NCBI GenBank assembly: GCA_051362555.1
Contig: CM120644.1
Location: 23,830,534 to 23,894,533 of the forward strand
Length of the DNA stretch: 64,000 bases
DNA from: Lingula anatina
Lineage: Eukaryota > Animalia > Brachiopoda
Direction: 5' to 3'
In this document: piece by piece, positions 1 through 11,573 of the stretch
How positions within the stretch are numbered: position 1 is the stretch's first letter
Layout: each line of letters starts with the position of its first letter
Made by a program: the position numbers and the translations under genes
The notes under the pieces: model-generated
The model's input: the letters and a program-made list of their open reading frames with translations, nothing else
Database searches by the model: none
What the model was told of the DNA's origin: nothing

Positions 1-228
1 CAATCATTGCTTTATTGTTATGTAATTGGTTTTTGAATTAAAGTATGTAAATTTGCTAGTACAGATGTCTCTATAGCAAGTACAGATGCATTAATTAAGT
101 TTATAAATCAAACAAAACGATAAAATACAACTTCTTTGTGTGGTCACAAGTTATGGTAATCACAAATCATGCAATATAGTAACACTCATTTGTGATAATG
201 TGACAAGTACTCTTCTCTGTCTGAATGG

Positions 229-1641
229 ACCCTTAGAGAAGATATGGCCCGACAGCTAAAGCCCCCTTTACACTGGGCAGCGTCCTCTCTGCGTCCCGCA
301 GTACGACCCCGTTCGAGAGTAAAAAAAAATAATAATACTTTACGTGCCGACAACTGGCTGATCATTGAGCATTCATTTTGCAACGTAAGCGATGCTTGTG
401 TGCTCCTGTCTACGACCACAGCGATGCCAGTTTCATGGTCGCACAAAGGACGCAGAGAGGACGCCGTCCAGTGTAAAGGGGGTTTAAGCAACGCAGCTTA
501 CTATGGGATTCTTGCTGTCAGAGAAATGACCAGAATCGGACAGCCATTGCCAGGTAATTCAACGTTTATCAGGGAACCGTTAGTAAAGTCCTCCAAAGAA
601 ATGCTACAACAGGCGCATCTACTCCAATACTTCGACCAGGATCGCCTTCTCCTTAGTAGAGAGTTGCAGAATGTCATTCAAACGTCCGTTTCAAGGTCTC
701 TCGTGAAAAAGAGATTACTGCAAGCCGGTTATTTTGCACGAAGACCACTGTTAACAGCAGGTCTGTTTACAACGACGTCTGCAATGGGCTGGGGATCACG
801 TGCGTTTGCAGCCCAACCACTGGAAACACGTCATATACCGATAACTGTGTACTGCCTAGGGCGCAAGCAGGGTGTGGTAGCGTCTCTGTTTGGGGAGTAG
901 TTCATGTCGATGCGCAGAACCAGTTGGTTTTCCAGAAGGCAACCTCAATCAGGATTCCTACAGAGACATTCTACAGCAAACAATGCTTTCCTTTGTAAGA
1001 GCCATCTTCAGGAACTACTTTGTGTACCAAGACGACTACACCCCCCACATAAAGCTCGCAAAATCACTGCTTTTCTTCAAAACCAAGGGGTTCAGCAACT
1101 GCCCTGGCCTGCAAACTCCCCATATATGAACCCAACGGAAACATGTGGGCGGAAGTAACTGGCAGAATTAATAGCTATGGTCATCAACCAGTGAATCGTG
1201 ATGAACTACGACAGGCGAATATCAGTGCGTGGAATGATATCCCCATCCAAACTCCGAGAAACTTGTCAAAGGGTATGCCATTTAGGATGGTGGCACTGCG
1301 AGCGGCTGTTCGAGGTCATATCCGCTGTTGATTGCTTTTCATAATTTATTGTAATTATTTATTTGACTGTGGAACATATCACTGTCCGGAGGCTATCATT
1401 TTTTTAAAACCTTAGCTTAAATTTAACGATGTGATCATATTGTTGATATGGTTTTCTGGGGAGGTTATTTTCGTTTGAATGGCATCTTACGTCAGATGTG
1501 ACATTATTGACCAAAATATCTCACAATAGTAGACTGAATATTTTTAATCACTCAATGACATTTTTTTTTATTAATAAAGTCAAAAAATCTGCACTGACAA
1601 ATATCAATTATAAAAATATTCTATATTAAGTATTAACTCTG
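229..1641 (+). mobile_element. Degenerate Tc1-family DNA transposon, 5' end missing
   Basis: Frameshifted transposase pieces (MARQL..SNAAYYGIL; KRLLQAGYFARRP; FVYQDD..PH; LPWPANSPYMNP.E.MW; GGHTRY-like end). The 3' end AATATTCTATATTAAGTATTAACTCTG matches the TIR of the full-length relative at 19553-21211. Confidence 0.9.
260..484. mobile_element. PIF/Harbinger-type (Tourist-like) MITE nested in the Tc1 transposase start
   Basis: TIRs of ~37 bp (AGCCCCCTTTACACTGG...CCAGTGTAAAGGGGGTT) with TAA on both sides (257-259, 485-487). The Tc1 copy at 19553-21211 has the uninterrupted GACAGCTAAGCA site. Confidence 0.88.
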
Positions 1642-2771
1642 TTATATATTTAGAAGCCACATTCAGCCCATGTCTGGGCAGTATCTGGCAAAATGGGTCA
1701 AAACTGCCATCTAATGCCAGCCTTGGCCCAGATCCGTTTCTGTCAGCATCTTGACCAGATTTTGCCAGAATTTGCCGGATGTCCGAGTTCGTCTGGGGGT
1801 GTACATCCGTTTTTTAGAAACATCTATAAATTTTAAGCTTCAGAATTGGAGACCATAACAGAGTCAGCCAAAGGCACGTTTCGGTGCCACATTTGTTCAC
1901 TTGAACACTTAAAGAATCCCGGACTGATGTTAACAATTAATGATGGCCTTTCACAGACGCAGGACCACAATACATTTTAATGTTTTAAAAGGTTTTTAAA
2001 AACCAAGGGACTGAATTTGATCTGAGGACCAGGAGAAAGACGTCACGCATCTTTTTCATAAACTCCACTCGAGTCAGATATGCTGGTTAGTAATAATAAT
2101 AAAAAAAACATTGAATACCTGCATACTGTCTTTCGTGGTTTGACCTTTTTTAAAGTATTCTTTCACTGTTAATCTCCTTGCACAGTGAAAAGCGTGTAGT
2201 CTCAGGATACTTTAAATGCAATGAAATGATAATCGACCTCGCATACAGTGTAGCTGAAAATGTGATACAGAGTTATCACGAACTGGGAAGTTATATTACA
2301 CCCTATGTCATGCACATGGGTACGGGCTTTGTTTGTGCTTGAAACAACCCACCATGGCTCTCCAAGCCACACAGAGAAAATGACTTTTACCGAAAGATGG
2401 GATTTGATTGCAGAGGGAAACAAATTATCATTTGAATGAACTGATGCTCATTGGTTCAGGTAAGCAATACTTGTAATTAGTTCTGCATGTTCACAACCTA
2501 GTTCATCCCCGGACTTACTATGCTGCGGGTCAAATGTGGCGTGACTCACTTGATTGCATACTGCGTAATCACCTACAGAATGTGCATCCATACAGCACAT
2601 TTGGTCGAAATCCACTGACCCCACATTGCCACCACGGGCTGGCTCTTAAGTGGACAGTTAAAGTATACAGGTTTAATATTAATTATTTCACTTTATTATT
2701 GCTTGATACATAGTTAGTGTGTATATGATGTACGTGATCATCAGATGTATACGAAGCAATGCTTCTATGAC

Positions 2772-2893
2772 CAGTGGTGGATTTGGGGGGGGGGGGGGGG
2801 TCCTGACCCCCTTTAATTTCTGAAATCACACCAGTGTTCCCTTGAATTTAGAATTTTGACTAGCTGAATCATACCAGTTGTTCTAAACCGTAC
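2772..2893. mobile_element. Fragment of a dispersed repeat with a hAT-like terminus
   Basis: Begins CAGTGGTGGATTTGGGG. 2830-2893 is the diverged reverse complement of 60965-61030 (shared CAGCTAGTCAAAATTCTAA). The superfamily is inferred from the terminus only. Confidence 0.45.
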
Positions 2894-2896
2894 CAC

Positions 2897-3048
2897 TGTT
2901 GTGTTTCAATTCAAATAAAATCAACAGAAACATATGTAAATCTTATGGAGGAAAACGCTGCAACGTGTGATCTAACATGGCGCATCACACAACCCATATC
3001 CGCTCTCAGGTCACGTGATCAAGACGCGCCAATGCACATATTACAACA
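2897..3048 (-). mobile_element. Putative 3' LTR of the Gypsy element
   Basis: The minus strand reads TGTTGT...ACAACA, directly after the purine tract AAAACGGGGAAGAA (3049-3062). The left edge coincides with the switch to an unrelated repeat. No second LTR is present to confirm it. Confidence 0.6.
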
Positions 3049-3862
3049 TTCTTCCCCGTTTTATTTTTAAAGCAATCAGAAAGATAGTATACAATAATAT
3101 ATAATAATTATATTCTATAAAAATAAGTCTTGTTGTATCTTATAATAAATTAATCCATAATTAAGGTGAGACTGCTTATAAGTTTTGATTCACTTCCCAG
3201 TATATCATAACTAATACTTGACCTAAATCAACCTGAACTGCAGGTTTACTCCTGTAAATAAGCTTGTCACTTTTATAACAATGGGCCCTTTAACTTATTT
3301 TCTAACAATTATCATTATTATCTTAAACAATCTTATACTTTAATAACCACTGATCTTAAATGCTTTCATAAATAGCACAAAACGGCACTAGTGTATTAGT
3401 ATTTACACTTCTTAATAAGGCAAATTTGTTTACTACCCATATTTTACTAACACACATGTACATGCCTCTATGAAAATATGATTAAGACACAAAGTGTGGC
3501 AATACCCATCACTTCTAAATATATCCTTTCTTTTATAATGGCTATAATACCACGTATAATAATGAGCCCACATCCATTTATTGCACCCTGAGCTTCAGAG
3601 ATAACTTGACACTAACCTCTTCACAATAGCCTATCTTCATCGTGTCAAGTTACCTCTGACGAAAATAGTTTGACCTAGTTTATATAAGCCAATCGAATCC
3701 AAGTTTCAAAATTTTTCACCAAAGTTTGGTGAAAACGCTGATTGGTTGACCGTCAATCGGTAATCCTCGGCTGATTCCGCAAGCTCCATACTAACAACAA
3801 GTTATTGTCGAGTGCGGAGACATCCGAGTAGTGCCGAGTGCATAACCGTACACAAAGAAAGC

Positions 3863-4036
3863 ATGGCGTCTTCTACAAGTGACTACGTAAAATAATGTGT
3901 TAAGTTATCTCTTGATTTTTTGCAAAATATGAGTATATCGGAATTGAAACCAGAGCAGTTTGAGGCCCTGCATCATTATCTACTGAGGGATGATGTATTT
4001 TGCGTGCTGCCCACAGGTTACGGCAAGTCCCTGATA
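3863..4036 (+). pseudogene. N-terminal fragment of a RecQ-like SF2 helicase inside the transposon
   Basis: Manual translation: MASSTSDYVK*CVKLSLDFLQNMSISELKPEQFEALHHYLLRDDVFCVLPTGYGKSLI. This has a Q motif (LKPEQ) and a RecQ-type Walker A (LPTGYGKSL). Not in the ORF track. Confidence 0.85.
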
Positions 4037-4222
4037 TTGAGCCTTATCTCTGATTGGTCCGGATTTGAACAAAGCGCGCTTTGACTCGTTCGCGTTCATT
4101 GGCTAGATCGTTCAATGAGTCATTGAGTGCGGGCTTTAAATTTGATTGGCGGGCGGCGGGGGCAATCGAATGTGGTCAGAGGTAACTTGACACGATGAAG
4201 ATAGGCTATTGTGAAGAGGTTA

Positions 4223-4506
4223 CCCGCACGAAAACGAAGTAGATACTCCAGCGCAGTAGACTACTGCGATCATACTGCAAACATGCTTCAAATCTGCTTT
4301 GATGTGGGAGCTTATTAGCATATTTGAAACATGCTTCTTTCATGCTGCTAATCTACTGCATTAATGCTCCTCCTCTGTACAACCCTATGTAATTTTTGAA
4401 GTAGAATTGCAGTAGGCTATACTGCATTTCTACTGCAAATATGCTCCACACCACTACTGCGTTAATGCTTCTTTGCTACTTCGATACTACTGCATTTTTG
4501 TGCGGG
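4223..4506. mobile_element. MITE with CCCG termini and 2 bp TSD (CACTA/EnSpm-like), nested in the right TIR of the host element
   Basis: CCCGCACGAAAA...TTTTTGTGCGGG, with TA at 4221-4222 and 4507-4508 and many CTACTGC-like subterminal repeats. Removing it restores the host TIR. Confidence 0.78.
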
Positions 4507-4961
4507 TAGTGTCAAGTTATCTCTGAAGCTCAGGGTGATTTATTGAGACTTCACATACAAACATACTCAACATTAAAACTAAATGTTACTTATCCTTTTT
4601 ACTACTGGCAATAGTGATATAATAAGCACTGATTAACATTATGGAATAATTATATACATAAACACAACCTTTAACTTAAAACTATTATATATAACTATTA
4701 TATTCAAAACTATTATATATCAAAGTATCTAACACATTACTCTTATTACAAAATATCAATACACAAAAACATAGTCTGACACTGTATAGTTACTACAGTC
4801 CTTTATAAACTGTTTAGTTTCAAGTCACTGATTCACCATCCTTGAAGTTATTAAATCATTATTGCAAAGCATATAGTCTATAGTCCCCGCTGTTAACACA
4901 TAATTACACATTGAAAGCACAACAGGTGTCTATAAGTTTAAAATCCATGTCATCATAAAAA

Positions 4962-6968
4962 TTAACACTCGTATCTCACTGGGGGAATCACTTTACGGCC
5001 ACTCCTGGTCATCACCGGAGAATCACAGTGCAATGTATCCGATATCGGTGAATCCTGTTGTGAATCCTCCTCCACTGAAATAATTTCCTCCAATTTCTCT
5101 TTGACCCCACCACATAGTTTCTTTTGTAACCTCTGCAATCTCACTGGAATATTGTCAGTTCTCAGTTTGCACGGTTTTAAAATATCATGATGAACTACAC
5201 TATAGTTGTGAGCATCAGATATTTGGTACAATATTGGAGAAAGAGATTGACTGACCACGTAAGGGCCTTTCCATAATGGCTGTAACTTTTTGGACTGTCC
5301 AACCTTACCTCCACAATTCATCTTAAAAACTAAATCACCTACTGAATACTTATGAGTATAGGTGTGTGCATCATAATACTGTTTTTGTATTTTTAATGAT
5401 GTACCTAAACATTTTCTCGCAATGTCATGAGCTGCAACCAACCTTTCTCTTAATGTAGCAGTATAACTATTAGGCTCTGACAGCTCTAAATCAGTCACTT
5501 GTAACATAAAATCAACAGGTTGCCTAGTCTTTCTTCCCAACATCATCATATTGGGCGTAAGGCCCGTTTGCCTATTTGGGACAGCTCTTAATGCGCTAGT
5601 TAAGAGAGGTAGATGCACATCCCAATTATTTACACAGCCCTCTAAAAAACATCTAATTGCTTGTAATAACGTACGATTGTACCTCTCTACTTGCCCATTG
5701 GAACAAGGCCTATAAGGAGTTGTGCGTGTTTTTTCTATGCCCATTAACCTACATATCTTTTTAAAAAGAACACTGGTAAAATTTGCCCCTTGATCAGTAT
5801 GTAAGTATGTCGGGCAACCAAATCGTGAAATAAAGTTGTTAACTATCACCGTAGCTACTGTCTCTGCCGTTTAGTTAGGGATAGGGTATGCCTCTACCCA
5901 TTTTGTAAACTGACAGACTAAGACTAATATGTATTTATTGCCTGCCTCGCTAGTGTTAAAGGGACCAAGGATATCTACATGTATTCTTTCACCCGGAGCA
6001 CCTGCATGGTAATTTGTTAAGGGTGCTTTTTGTTTTCTATTTGCCTTTTTGCTTTTACAACAATCACTGCATGCTTGTACATACAATTTACAGTCAGTGG
6101 TCATACCGTACCAGTATACAGATTGATGTAATTTGAATAATGTTCTTGTAATCCCTTGGTGACCAACAGACACAGGATCATGACATAACCTCAATACCTC
6201 GTTTCTCAATTCCCTGGGCACTATATAACAAGGTATCACTGAATTTTGATTTTGCCATTGATAATACAGTATACCATTTTTCAAAAGTAGCAGCTGTAAA
6301 TTTGTCCAGTAGTATTTGACAGCTGGTGATTGAAGACTGATTTCCCTTTTGTTAGGCTGTAAATCATTCTCAATCCAAAATAAAATAACCTTGATATCAG
6401 GGTCTACTAACTGCTTTTGTCTAAGTTGCTCCTGAGAAAGCATTGATAATAACTGAATCCCACAACTAGATTGAACTGTTCTAACTGATAATGAGATGAT
6501 ATCGTCGTCTTCAATAAACTTTCCCCATTGTTCCTCTATTCGTTTACAATGGTGACATCCATTACATGGAAGTTTGCTAACATCGCAGCCGTCTATGTAT
6601 CGATCACAATTTGGATATTCTTGTGGAATGCGAGATAATGCATCGGCCTTGGTATGTTTACCTCCTGATCTGTAAACAATTCTAAAACTAAATTGGGATA
6701 GCTTTTCTATCCATCTTGCTAACATGCCAGTCAAGGACTTAAATCGCATTAACCATGCTAAACTACTATGGTCTGTACGAACTAAAATTTCCCTGCCTAA
6801 CAGATACTGTCTATACTGACGAACAAACCTCACAACAGCGAGCAATTCTTTCTTTGTCGTGCAATATTTCTTTTGACTTGGAGATAACAAATAGCTACCA
6901 TAACTAATCACACGCTCTTCCCCATCTTGAATTTGCAATAGCTCAGCACCGATAGCTTCATTTGAAGC
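4962..6968 (-). pseudogene. Ty3/Gypsy pol fragment, copy A: RNase H, integrase (H2C2, DDE core, GPY/F)
   Basis: ASNEAIGAELLQ..ERVISYGS..ELLAVV..TDHSSL..ADALSR; LCHD..GHQG..CSDC; HVDILGP..TDQG..NGQVER; WKGPY; TRSGR. One in-frame stop at 5871-5873. Gag, protease and RT are absent. Confidence 0.95.
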
Positions 6969-6979
6969 TATCGGTGCTT

Positions 6980-7175
6980 TCTCAGGTGTTGCGAGATAGG
7001 GCTCGCGTCTTTCGGCATTTGGGGGGGGGGGGGGGGGGGGGAGGAGTGTAGTGCCAGGGGCAGATAGAACCGGCCGGGTAGCTCAGTAGGTAAGAACACT
7101 CGCCCTGTAAGCGAGGGGTCCCGGGTTCGATTCCTGGTCTGGTCGGTGATTTTTCTGCACTCACCCCAATGCACA
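6980..7175 (+). mobile_element. Helenus-like TRIM remnant: short internal part, PPT and a 129 bp LTR containing a tRNA-like sequence
   Basis: Purine tract G21-AGGAG (7021-7046) is followed directly by TGTAGTG...GCACA (7047-7175), which encloses a tRNA cloverleaf. No 5' LTR. Confidence 0.65.
7072..7145 (+). tRNA. tRNA-like sequence (Thr, TGT anticodon position), probably repeat-borne rather than translational
   Basis: Acceptor GGCCGGG/TCTGGTC, A box TAGCTCAGTAGG, anticodon arm CTCGC-CCTGTAA-GCGAG, T arm CCGGG-TTCGATT-CCTGG, and T5 at 7150-7154. It has C33 instead of U33 and a D-stem mismatch. Confidence 0.7.
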
Positions 7176-8289
7176 GTTCGCCCTCTATATTACCCAACAG
7201 TTCGCCCTCAAAATTTCCCAAATTTTCGGGGCTCTTCAGCAGTCCCCGAACCCTACACAAAGGGGGTAGGGGGGTAGGGTCGGCTTAGCTTACAGAGCGT
7301 ATTATGACCCTCTTCCTCTACGAAATACAATATAAGTGGGACATTCTGAAACATAAAACAGAAATAAAATGAAATGTATTAATATCTGTAAACATTTTAT
7401 GTCAAGGTATTTCCCTCGCGGTTAGTAATTATTTGGAGAGGTATTAAATGATAAACAATGGCGGATTTAGGGGAGGTTGGAGTTGGGGCGAATGCCCCTT
7501 CTGAATTTTCAAAATATAATGTACACATTTTTAGATATACGAACCCCTCCTTATGATAAAATTCTAGTTTGTATATTCTCAAATTCTTTGGGTTCTAATT
7601 CATGTCATTTCATTAATTGGATCCCTTTGCAGTGGGGATGTAATATCTACCAGCTGTTACACAGTGATGAATAATTAAATGTTCTAAAAAGTGACGGTGA
7701 AACCAGCCCTTTTAGTATTTAACATTGGAAAAGGAAGAAAAGGCGCACAGTACAAAAATGTATCATATATTCTGCTTGGTCAAACAGAATTGGGTAATCG
7801 TAAATCTAATACGTCATATAAGGAGATATCTGAAAACCTCCTTTAAGGCCAAATATCTCTGTTATTCCGTATATCTTACTTTTAAAATGAATTTCCACGC
7901 AACTTTCATACATATTATTTGATATGATATTGACTTCTCACTAAAGGTAAACAAGATTGTTGCAATCTTAGACCTAAAGAGATGTTTAGATTAAAAAAAA
8001 ATGCTTAAACCTGCACTTGTCACACATTCCTAAGTAACATACATGTACCTTCAGGTGGGCCCTTAAACTATGCTCCGTCTCTACCAATCTGATGACCAAG
8101 GTTTATTGGTGTCATGTGGAAGCTTATTAAGTCATAGATCAGATTACCCTGTATGTGTGTTAACAGTTTCGAATGAGTAGCTTTCAAATGGAAACAGCCT
8201 TCATATAACACCATGTTGCTTAAATACTCGTAAACCAGTCAGTCTTCTTCAGGTAAGATTACCGCACATTATGATAATTATTTTGCACT

Positions 8290-8930
8290 TTCCACCACGT
8301 CTACTTGAACCTGTCATGGTAGCCTACTCCAACTTAGTTTCGAATGCATTTCAACTTACTATGTACTTAATATGCAGTAATAAATCAATAAAAGATGCAG
8401 AAGACTACTTCAGTTATTTAGTCCCTAATCCACGTTGAAATTAATCAAAACAGCCTTGAAAGCCAATTGAAACTGTGGGGAGGGAGAAACTTTTACGATA
8501 ATGTAGCCGAGGAAAAAAAATATATACGTCACAGGATTTTATGAGAAGAAGGCTCGTCGATGTTTTAATTTATGGTAGGCCCCTTGTCCATAGTTTCAGT
8601 AAATATCAGTTGATAATCTCTAAGGTGCTCTACTAGATAAAAGGTAATCAAGTAACCTCAAATGACATCGGTAGTTTGTAACCTTATCAACGGAATTATG
8701 ATATTGCTCTCTGTCGTTATATAGATTGTGGTATTGGTCAAAGTAATGGATTGATCAATTCAGGCACATTTGTAGATAAAACTTCGGGAAAACCACACAG
8801 TTGAAATGTGAGACAGAAGGAAATGAAATATGCATGTTGCTGTATCTCGATAAACGCAACGGAAAGCATTAATATTTTACAGTTTTATTAAGGTCACGAA
8901 GAATAGTAACTGTGAGCAGAATGAGCTTAT
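8290..8930 (-). mobile_element. Old remnant related to the left subterminal region of the TTAA element at 28014
   Basis: Diverged reverse complement of ~28080-28810 (e.g. TTTAATTTATGGTAGGCCCCTTGTCCATA). The second copy is at ~31860-32505. Confidence 0.7.
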
Positions 8931-10888
8931 ACTTCGTTTGTTAATAACCTTTGTTTATCTTGAACCTGCTGCTTTGTAGATAATACAATTCAATTTTACA
9001 ACTTCCACATTTTCGCAGTTTTATAATGCCCATACCTAAGTCCTGAAAACTGAAAAAAAAAAAAACAATCTCAAGACAAATGCTTAAAAGAATGTAGTAG
9101 CTAGACTTATATCCTTCCTAAGGGGTCTTTAAGACTGGGTTCACATGCCTAGATCGATCCATCTGGATTGGTCTAACTCTGTAATAATATGAATCCAAAT
9201 GACACCAAGGCACGCATCAAATCTTATGGGTACTTTAAAAAATTAGGATATTCTTTTTAGCAAATATAAAACGAACTTAAATAAATGAAATGGATCATTG
9301 TCTAACATTCTAACATTCAGTGTACATCCGTTTTTAGAAAGCATCTAAAAGTTTTAGGCTTCAAAATTTTGACTTCAAAAACTGAGGCAGCCATGGACAG
9401 GTTAAGTCAGTACCGGTGTTTTGGCCAATACCACTCCATTGATTAAATCACTTTGGACATAAATAAATTAAAAATGTCACTAGCAGGGACATTAAATCCA
9501 ATTTACGCAACATTTAACTTTCCAAATGGGAACAACTCGCACAGAAATTATTTTAGATAAACTCCTTAAAGGCCCAATCTCTCTGTGATACTGTACTTCT
9601 CACTTTCAAATTGATTTTCCATATTAATTCCATATTGAGCGTGTTATGCCCCCTTCCTCTACGAAAGAGAATATCATTGGAACATTCTGAAACATAAAAC
9701 AAAAATAAAATGAACTTTATTAATATCTGTAAATATTTTATGTCAAGGTATTTCCCTTGCGGTTAGTAATTAATTGGAGAGGTATCAAATAATGAACAAT
9801 GGGGGATTTAGGGAAGGTGGGCGTTCGGACGAATTCCATGACTGAATTTTTAAAATGTACACGTTTTTTAGTAAATCGACCCCCTCCTTACCTTATAATA
9901 TTACATAATGTTTAAAGACATAAAAACAATACAATTGTTTATGCAGAAATACAGAAAATGCACAAAGCTTCTGGTGGATGGGAGTTTAAGGTCACACCTT
10001 GAAGATGCTAGTGTTTGAAAAAAAATTTAAAAAAGAAAAATAAATAAAACTAAACAAAGAAAAAAAAAAAATCCCCATAAAGCTGCTTTTCAAACTATTA
10101 ATCTAGCTGTATTAACATGATATGAATAACCCTAATGAGTTTAAGAATAATAAGGCACTGATATTCATCTATAGCATTAATATTGGCATTTCACAGATTT
10201 TTTTTTCTTTTGTAAACTTATTTGCACTATTAATTATAAACAACATTAACCTGTATAATTATCACTGATTTCTAATTATGTGACACAAGAGAGCTAAATT
10301 TATGGGACTTTACAGAGAAATATCAAAGTGTGTTTTATGCAATCTTATTTAAATATGGCCACTTGAAAGCTGATTAGATAAGTGACTTAATAGCCCTGAA
10401 TTTAGCTAGTAATTACCCAAGGGACAATTACATACTGACCACCATCCATATACAGTAGCACCATATAGCACTCTGTAGAACTGCGTTGCTTCCAAAACAG
10501 AAAAAAAAACACACTAATTTTCCAACACAAGCTGCACTTCAGTCTAATGAAACTTTTCAGTAAGTTTAAGTATCATAAGTAACATTGTTTTTCCTTAATG
10601 GTCATCCTGGCAGCGATGTCCAAAATAAGGTTTTCTTCAACTTTTATGCAATACAACATAATGCTGAACAGCATAATGACCATTAATTTTTAAGAATAAA
10701 GTAAAATTCTCATGAACATTCAGAAAATGTGACTAGCAAATGTCTTCAAGCCAATGGAAGTTAAAAGTAACACCTTGAAAATGCCCAAATGTAAACAAGA
10801 GATAACTGTACTGAAATGATTTTCTTTCCATTTTCAACACCTTTTTTACATAAAATAATCAATTTACTGTCATTTTTTAAATGATCAA

Positions 10889-10924
<36 letters not shown>

Positions 10925-11229
10925 CATAGAAAAAATATCAATAGAACAATGTTAAATGTCCAATTTGCTCCATTCTGAGATTCTGAACATAGTGAATAAA
11001 TATGACAAACTGTAAAAATATGAGTTTCTTTCCATTTTTCACACTTTATTACACAATACACAATAACAGGTTAACCATCATTTCTATGTAATCAACTAAC
11101 AATATTGTTAAAAAATGCAGAATAATGCAGAAAATGTCAAAAGAACACCTTTACATATCTAATTAGTTCAAAATTAAGACTGTCTATGAATGTCTAAGAA
11201 TTAAAACTAAGAAAAAACACTTATATACA

Positions 11230-11520
11230 AAACAAGGCATAATTTCACCGAAACTTAACCGATCAAGCTTATTTTTAAACTCCATCTGTATTTCAGTAAG
11301 ACTGATCGCTCCTGTGAATTTCACGACAATTGGCTAATTGATTTTCTTTGAAATGGTATTGCATATATGATGAAAAAAGTGAAAAAACAGCATACATTTT
11401 AAAAAAATGGCCCATTTATGCTGATTTTCGAACTTGACCTGTGTATTAAGAATATTCATCAGTTCTGTAAGTTTCAAGCCAAAAGGTTATACAGTTTTTA
11501 GCTTATTGTGCTATCGGTGT
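11230..11520. repeat. Possible Helentron-associated (HINE-like) repeat fragment
   Basis: Motifs GAACTTGACCTG, AAGTTTCAAG and TTATTGTG resemble HINE core repeats. No termini seen. The copy B equivalent is split by the Harbinger element at 34971. Confidence 0.35.
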
Positions 11521-11573
11521 ATATATGCATATATGCTGAAAAAAGTAAAAAATAAACAGCTTACCTTCCTTAA

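Larger units (their letters stand above)
3584..4537. mobile_element. Non-autonomous AcademH-like DNA transposon
   Basis: 77 bp TIRs starting CACCCTGAGCTTCAGAGATAACTTGACAC. 8 bp TSD ATTTATTG (3576-3583, 4538-4545) and a single ATTTATTG at the empty site 24356-24363. Contains a RecQ helicase remnant. The element itself is clear; the family is inferred. Confidence 0.8.

Noticed and set aside
1655-1797. GCCAG-rich segment ending CTGGG, like a CACTA-type terminus
   Set aside because: Only one end, with no TSD or second copy in the window, so there is too little support to call it.
5850-5873. Programmed stop readthrough between the two Gypsy ORFs
   Set aside because: The sister copy has a Gln codon here, so it is a point mutation.
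7072-7145. Functional cytosolic tRNA-Thr gene
   Set aside because: C33, a D-stem mismatch and three G-U pairs in the acceptor stem, and it lies inside a PPT-LTR structure.
7261-7285. G-quadruplex-like tract, and other long G or C runs
   Set aside because: Such runs are common here, vary in length between copies and are prone to sequencing error; nothing suggests function.
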